Below, in pieces: positions 18,701 to 20,000 of a stretch of DNA of 20,000 bases; the first letter of the stretch is position 1, and each line of letters begins with the position of its first letter. The DNA is from an uncultured virus (IMG/VR IMGVR_UViG_3300020500_000003). Its lineage: Duplodnaviria; Heunggongvirae; Uroviricota; Caudoviricetes. The notes below the pieces were generated by a model. The model ran no database searches, was not told where the DNA came from, and worked only from the letters and a program-made list of their open reading frames with translations. The stretch lies in IMG/VR virus record IMGVR_UViG_3300020500_000003; one strand, given 5' to 3'. The position numbers and the translations under genes are program-made.

Positions 18701-20000
18701 GGTTTTGTTGCTGGTTCTGAAAGTGGTTTTAGAATGAAAGAAAATCTTGAAGGTGTAGATAAATCAAGAATAATTTATTTAGATTCATATAATGGTAAAG
18801 AATTACAAGGAACTCATACTTCAACAGATGAAAATGGAATAGTATTTCATAAAGCTCAAGTATTTATTCCTTCTAAATTTAAAAATGATAAAAAAGAACT
18901 TATTGATTTATTTGAAGGATTTAATGGTAAAGAAGGAAAGTATTTAACAAGAAGAGAAAATGGTACATTAACTTTGAAAGAAGGTATGATAGACCCTGCT
19001 TTATTCAATAACTTCAGTTTTAGAACTCCTACTTCATCTCATAAATCAGGTTCATCTATTGAAATTGCTGGTATATTACCTCCAGAAGTAGGGGATTTAA
19101 TGATAGTACCTAAAAACTTTACTAAACAAAAAGGTCTTGATTATGATATTGATAAAGAATCTGCTTATCAATTAAATCATATTATGACTAATGATGGTAA
19201 AATTAAAGTATTAGAAAACTCTGATATAGAAGATATTACAAGAAGTTTAACTAATAAAATAGAAGAATTTAATCTTGAAAATACAAGTGCTTCTGCAAAA
19301 AGTAATTTTGCTAATGAATTATTTAGAAGTTTCATAGCAGGTAAAGGAAGTTTATTAGATGAAGAATCTTTAGAAACTTTATTATTACCTCAAGTTGATA
19401 TTGTTGAAAAAATAAATAGATTAGAATTACAATTAAAAAGAAAATTAGCTGAAAATGAATTTATTAAATCTCATTTGGCTATATTCAATAATCCTAATTT
19501 AGATATTCAAAACAAAATCAATAGTGTTTTATCTATTGATTTTGCAAAAAGTCAAGCTGAACAGTTAGAAAAATTAAATGAAGCTGGTTACAGAAACAAG
19601 ATGATTGCTGAATATATGGCTAAAGATGCTACATTATCTGATTTAAAAGCTAATGAGATGTATGAAGCTGACCAATTGAATTTTACAATGCTTACAAATT
19701 CTTACCAAAAAAGTAAAATGAATTTAGGAGCTATTGGTAAAGTTGCTATTGGAGTATATGCTAATTATAGTACATTTAATGCTTTACTTCAACAACATCA
19801 AGGAGAAGATATTTATATTCAAGATGATTTAGGTAATCCAAAAACTATTCAAATTGGTCATTTTATTAGTGATGGGAAACTTGGTGCTATACAACATATA
19901 GAACCAACAGGTTTGTCTGAATCTAAATTAAAAGAATGGAGAGAAAAACACCAAAGAAATATTTCAGAAGCATTTGATGAAAAAATTAATACTGGTACTG
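9794..20000 (+). CDS. Giant virion-packaged two-barrel DNA-dependent RNA polymerase polyprotein (crAss-like, phi14:2 gp66 family), 3'-partial, >=3402 aa
   Basis: ATG at 9794 (MLPPKRKSASLDF...). My hand translation found no in-frame stop to the window end, which explains its absence from the ORF track. Motifs in the expected order: FPTMSDK, FAGDIANY, KRLALLIAPG, TDAQ (17741-17752), QPIKP (17897-17911), IKSS (17966-17977), TANKVG (18089-18106), GTQFFKL, RTP (19022-19030), GLDYDIDK (19133-19156, first Asp at about aa 3116), GKVAIGVYAN (19736-19765). Confidence 0.9.
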   Translation, partial: MLPPKRKSASLDFLNQSIENKKKTFSSQVVNNQQNNTANVSQEELTSQDMSLGNVSAGTLDMMYKSSTERETEDFFNSKAKKEAEKLAKAKTLDDNGVLAELKNKVGEEKAIEFLDIDEKIKEKRKKSIDFIDDNGVNIFAPIYKLHDYFADDENKWGKTAKEEKEYNDLITYRDNKIMPVMNEVKESFKNRFKEIEEKAKKYRDAKLKDDAQIVYHKDGSVGPKASVPDRLTGYQKNTSEDNYTPYQEEVNYNIAKKNYEEVIETLEDYTTGNTGFWSGFGTQSKDLKSLGLYSIAKDIKSIPIIEKQNRIINEVTKNTDKNGNVKKGYVPSETLTDSEQAVIESIAKKQNIEARDLMHDNRLYRTGKGVATSAVMMEQMIATAPIGGPIETAVGKFVARDAIGLTLNTALQQGGKKLALKMIGGELAGGTASLAVQGLVNPMTYGGYAKDQIGNVEISHDENGKEIYLTSQAIYNKYKKDFSLKNVQIDSQINKLSKNKTEENLAKIEELQGMKDSLADELSLIQPHSKFESALFGYSEYLKEAFAERFVGEALGPLGKLAKSESTMLGRGLTKLSESKIGKGLSVINDKFVKGRNAMNNLALGKISTQAIAHTGQMNMLDSLPGEVLEEVFTALVPTYGQDYGKQLEQLSDSEFYEDVIAQTLIMNGAMGSVGMGMRANNFRLDKKAISKIYRDIDASTTDEDLATHINMNTSGSLYSPLEYDAMITKLRDNGKIEQANKLEKTKFERLAAHAIRTGTITNFQETLDKVLLKPDTEISAETKLNIQLAKKRIDELKQVYDAHSEKQNFGTIFNLAEKKLANKQTIEELDKHIVENKQNAKEEIDAFITREGIKIDYSIDTLLDRQFENEEDQQKYNSFLDKLEKENLLAVENHKNATMLKDTLNSNQSILLKNYNDQVHPLYQKKMEEKKAILQDYNSIVEQIKQEGSENAEFNYQNELQETPVLIESIVEKLKQKDITGENKDFINDLKEQKLQELKVKQEQVHKEKIAKSIKDLLAQRQEKIDAGEVVPENEPYITIVDEDAKEEHTSSVAGNLQTMETVFSLDDNSTTINNDPVFIADDFNDMIGNTSSFTPQQSSVAKKIVLEDVNKVKNLLNRNISFREYMSHLDEIVNNKEQLKKLFDGYVEGWKQNNFEADDYNQVYMDLFNPLASLGTNASLMAQMFEQQVPIEEANTFVELEEKVEEIKKEVAQREVTTVGYDEENIPIQKTAVNEIESKRTLTITPKLGFSSIAYVEVIENGILVRKTIGNELNHKFGDLIDFRELLHPDMHPSGSKLGVKIAPESLWSQITVSDGRNAQGAAQTTTFDKWLSEKEKQNPNFRNTQEFMNKVPVFYTNSAGKELAYVQDTDWYNTFNIGNPFGDSSNPNLPTQEWINHINEGKLNAQNLRNSIANGLTEVTINKPSDGIFYEIPMTEPKITLNEANPQTIVTVQIGEDLYMGNQIFNAGKLLNKDKSGNEGKFDFNSVGHTWEVRRIGTTLNDKGEIVPTYRAYPVGRVVSNEQIETARFAMAAHLALKKDASWTRHLKGTIYEMTYEKAKSIQKDVHTQMGLDIENGNEIVQFIKTYFQDNIAGDNLGQYKKGLFDENVMNNVSQHTNNKLLNNRNVKSIVHITREGVTPLNQTYDNYLKNNLLTNIKSFNIDDTGKNPTYVTMIQPIITVDYKEVEKPATKNIEARQEAAATVVEQLKTSVPFNLEKHTEFLNDLGIDPNDFDESNDMIANTDKLANIFNVSGDLSITQEKNVRQFIYHKIGNKVSFGYKNKISKEAIQNDIKSELNLHLNKIEKQVLSMLSEIKNQDNTNGALNHYIEAYNQTLKNIKDIKNNYETIYNKAFADIQKQTQLTLNEKEESDIEQDDVELSVKDYSKDSIEESGKAKASYRLRRFLSEIPVFDSKGVAQKGYLGIPLYMSFNDVYNELSKVLALGSEVKSDYNTIIAKMKQSNNAFVKSVLAKLENADQQIKNELVYNFVRHTLSSKFAMYENTKNNGVSLKIYNTNANEATRIIAKNWKNENKSSGLYNKNQSLNVQYAQSLLDEFNKWDRQDYRKVPENDLRKWLSKIGYTFEDTSWNQIYNEGIFNAGKQNSFNVLYSQNAGGLFIPLKNWLEKAIVNPADFSFDSKESVFNDLAGVTKALSLIEAKYNPTLITLSFRDSGKNISTLVPTKYVTDMVQNLKRSISEDGNNLVDDLLSLSLSENSIILDMLKNEPTFKSMFEISHTSITAFKEKGEQPYRASITDLSDIDYDMAGITGFQDRKIDKLPKGTKFEGISMRMANMLFPTMSDKTTGMYMTTAIFDFLKDGKIDGMFNLTEEGVVQGIGPTVKTLLFNQLVLPELKRIIKFHTEVKATNIKDYDKGATLFHFLPIMNTLKDEDGLNIVNKLALTGITIDEAIEKYQSTFEDAIEGVIKKEVEHKKGMWSNYLEVNKEGNSYSKMFDNNYFKEEGKNPSTDYDLAVYDFVLNNMITNSEVFKVFAGDIANYSKDKLYKEEGKSVNPFDIKDDKTYVSINKEIGVNLGKRLALLIAPGSKIANSYGEKYNQIFLEDSIDISENSEYLIKNYYGKKGLDEAQPLLDKYKKAAEILNKHEQGILSLNSVRYNAINKTLSDIRKSLANKFPAIDAYFDIESTDAQEYSTATEHISILHRIGRISDEEFKVITNKLLTEGEKGYLTKEELKLVFQPIKPVHTGTYTNINQDVNRVVYIKSSAFPLIPQLTAGTKLDALRLKMEELETNTGRFTRASFQTANKVGATIKTVKPFDTNSLSTIKNYNADDINTNMLVLNRDNFRIQQDVPFKSDKHQDDKVSMGTQFFKLLFGDGVIDKEGFTIDGKELTGKELYQHFNKAFSDIVDSKKQELFLDLGLDTNGQIKNEQNFVKNLQDLLIKEATSRGYSVKSLAGLKIEKLAAAAGFYYEFKTPLWLSSDSNRYESLLNSIITNKIMKHKMPGNGFVAGSESGFRMKENLEGVDKSRIIYLDSYNGKELQGTHTSTDENGIVFHKAQVFIPSKFKNDKKELIDLFEGFNGKEGKYLTRRENGTLTLKEGMIDPALFNNFSFRTPTSSHKSGSSIEIAGILPPEVGDLMIVPKNFTKQKGLDYDIDKESAYQLNHIMTNDGKIKVLENSDIEDITRSLTNKIEEFNLENTSASAKSNFANELFRSFIAGKGSLLDEESLETLLLPQVDIVEKINRLELQLKRKLAENEFIKSHLAIFNNPNLDIQNKINSVLSIDFAKSQAEQLEKLNEAGYRNKMIAEYMAKDATLSDLKANEMYEADQLNFTMLTNSYQKSKMNLGAIGKVAIGVYANYSTFNALLQQHQGEDIYIQDDLGNPKTIQIGHFISDGKLGAIQHIEPTGLSESKLKEWREKHQRNISEAFDEKINTGT
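19133..19156 (+). other. RNA polymerase catalytic Mg-binding loop GLDYDIDK (DxDxD)
   Basis: ggt ctt gat tat gat att gat aaa, about 37 codons after the RTP motif. Equivalent to DFDID of crAss-like RNAPs and DFDGD of bacterial beta'. Confidence 0.9.

Noticed and set aside
9794..20000. Intein, intron or homing endonuclease as the explanation for the size of the RNAP ORF
   Set aside because: No LAGLIDADG or HNH motif, no Cys-initiated intein block and no frame interruption seen. The extra length is N-terminal to the polymerase core.
1..20000. CRISPR arrays, tRNA/rRNA genes, intrinsic terminators, IS elements
   Set aside because: Intergenic space totals only about 65 nt, with no GC-rich hairpins, periodic repeats or transposase motifs seen.

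Overview
AT-rich (about 25-30% GC by eye), almost fully coding segment of a crAss-like or related Bacteroidota (probably Flavobacteriia) podovirus. It covers the tail-tip, cargo and virion RNA polymerase module as four co-oriented + strand genes. (1) A 5'-truncated muzzle/tail-stabilisation protein (<3..5726, >=1907 aa) carrying three apparent inserts: a beta-rich domain, a long hydrophobic hairpin and a vWA/MIDAS-like domain. (2) A 600-aa cargo protein 1-like gene. (3) A 732-aa putative ejection protein. (4) A giant ORF missing from the supplied track (9794..>20000, >=3402 aa, no in-frame stop in my hand translation). Its C-terminal half is a crAss-type two-barrel virion RNA polymerase (TDAQ, QPIKP, RTP, GLDYDIDK) and its N-terminal ~1750 aa look like a fused ejection protein. 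Other signals: near-total loss of CpG, systematic GATC avoidance, cysteine-free injected proteins beside a Cys-rich muzzle, and an identical 14-bp motif in both long intergenic gaps. No stop-codon recoding, RNA genes, CRISPR arrays or mobile elements were seen. All family calls rest on motif recall and synteny, not on database searches.
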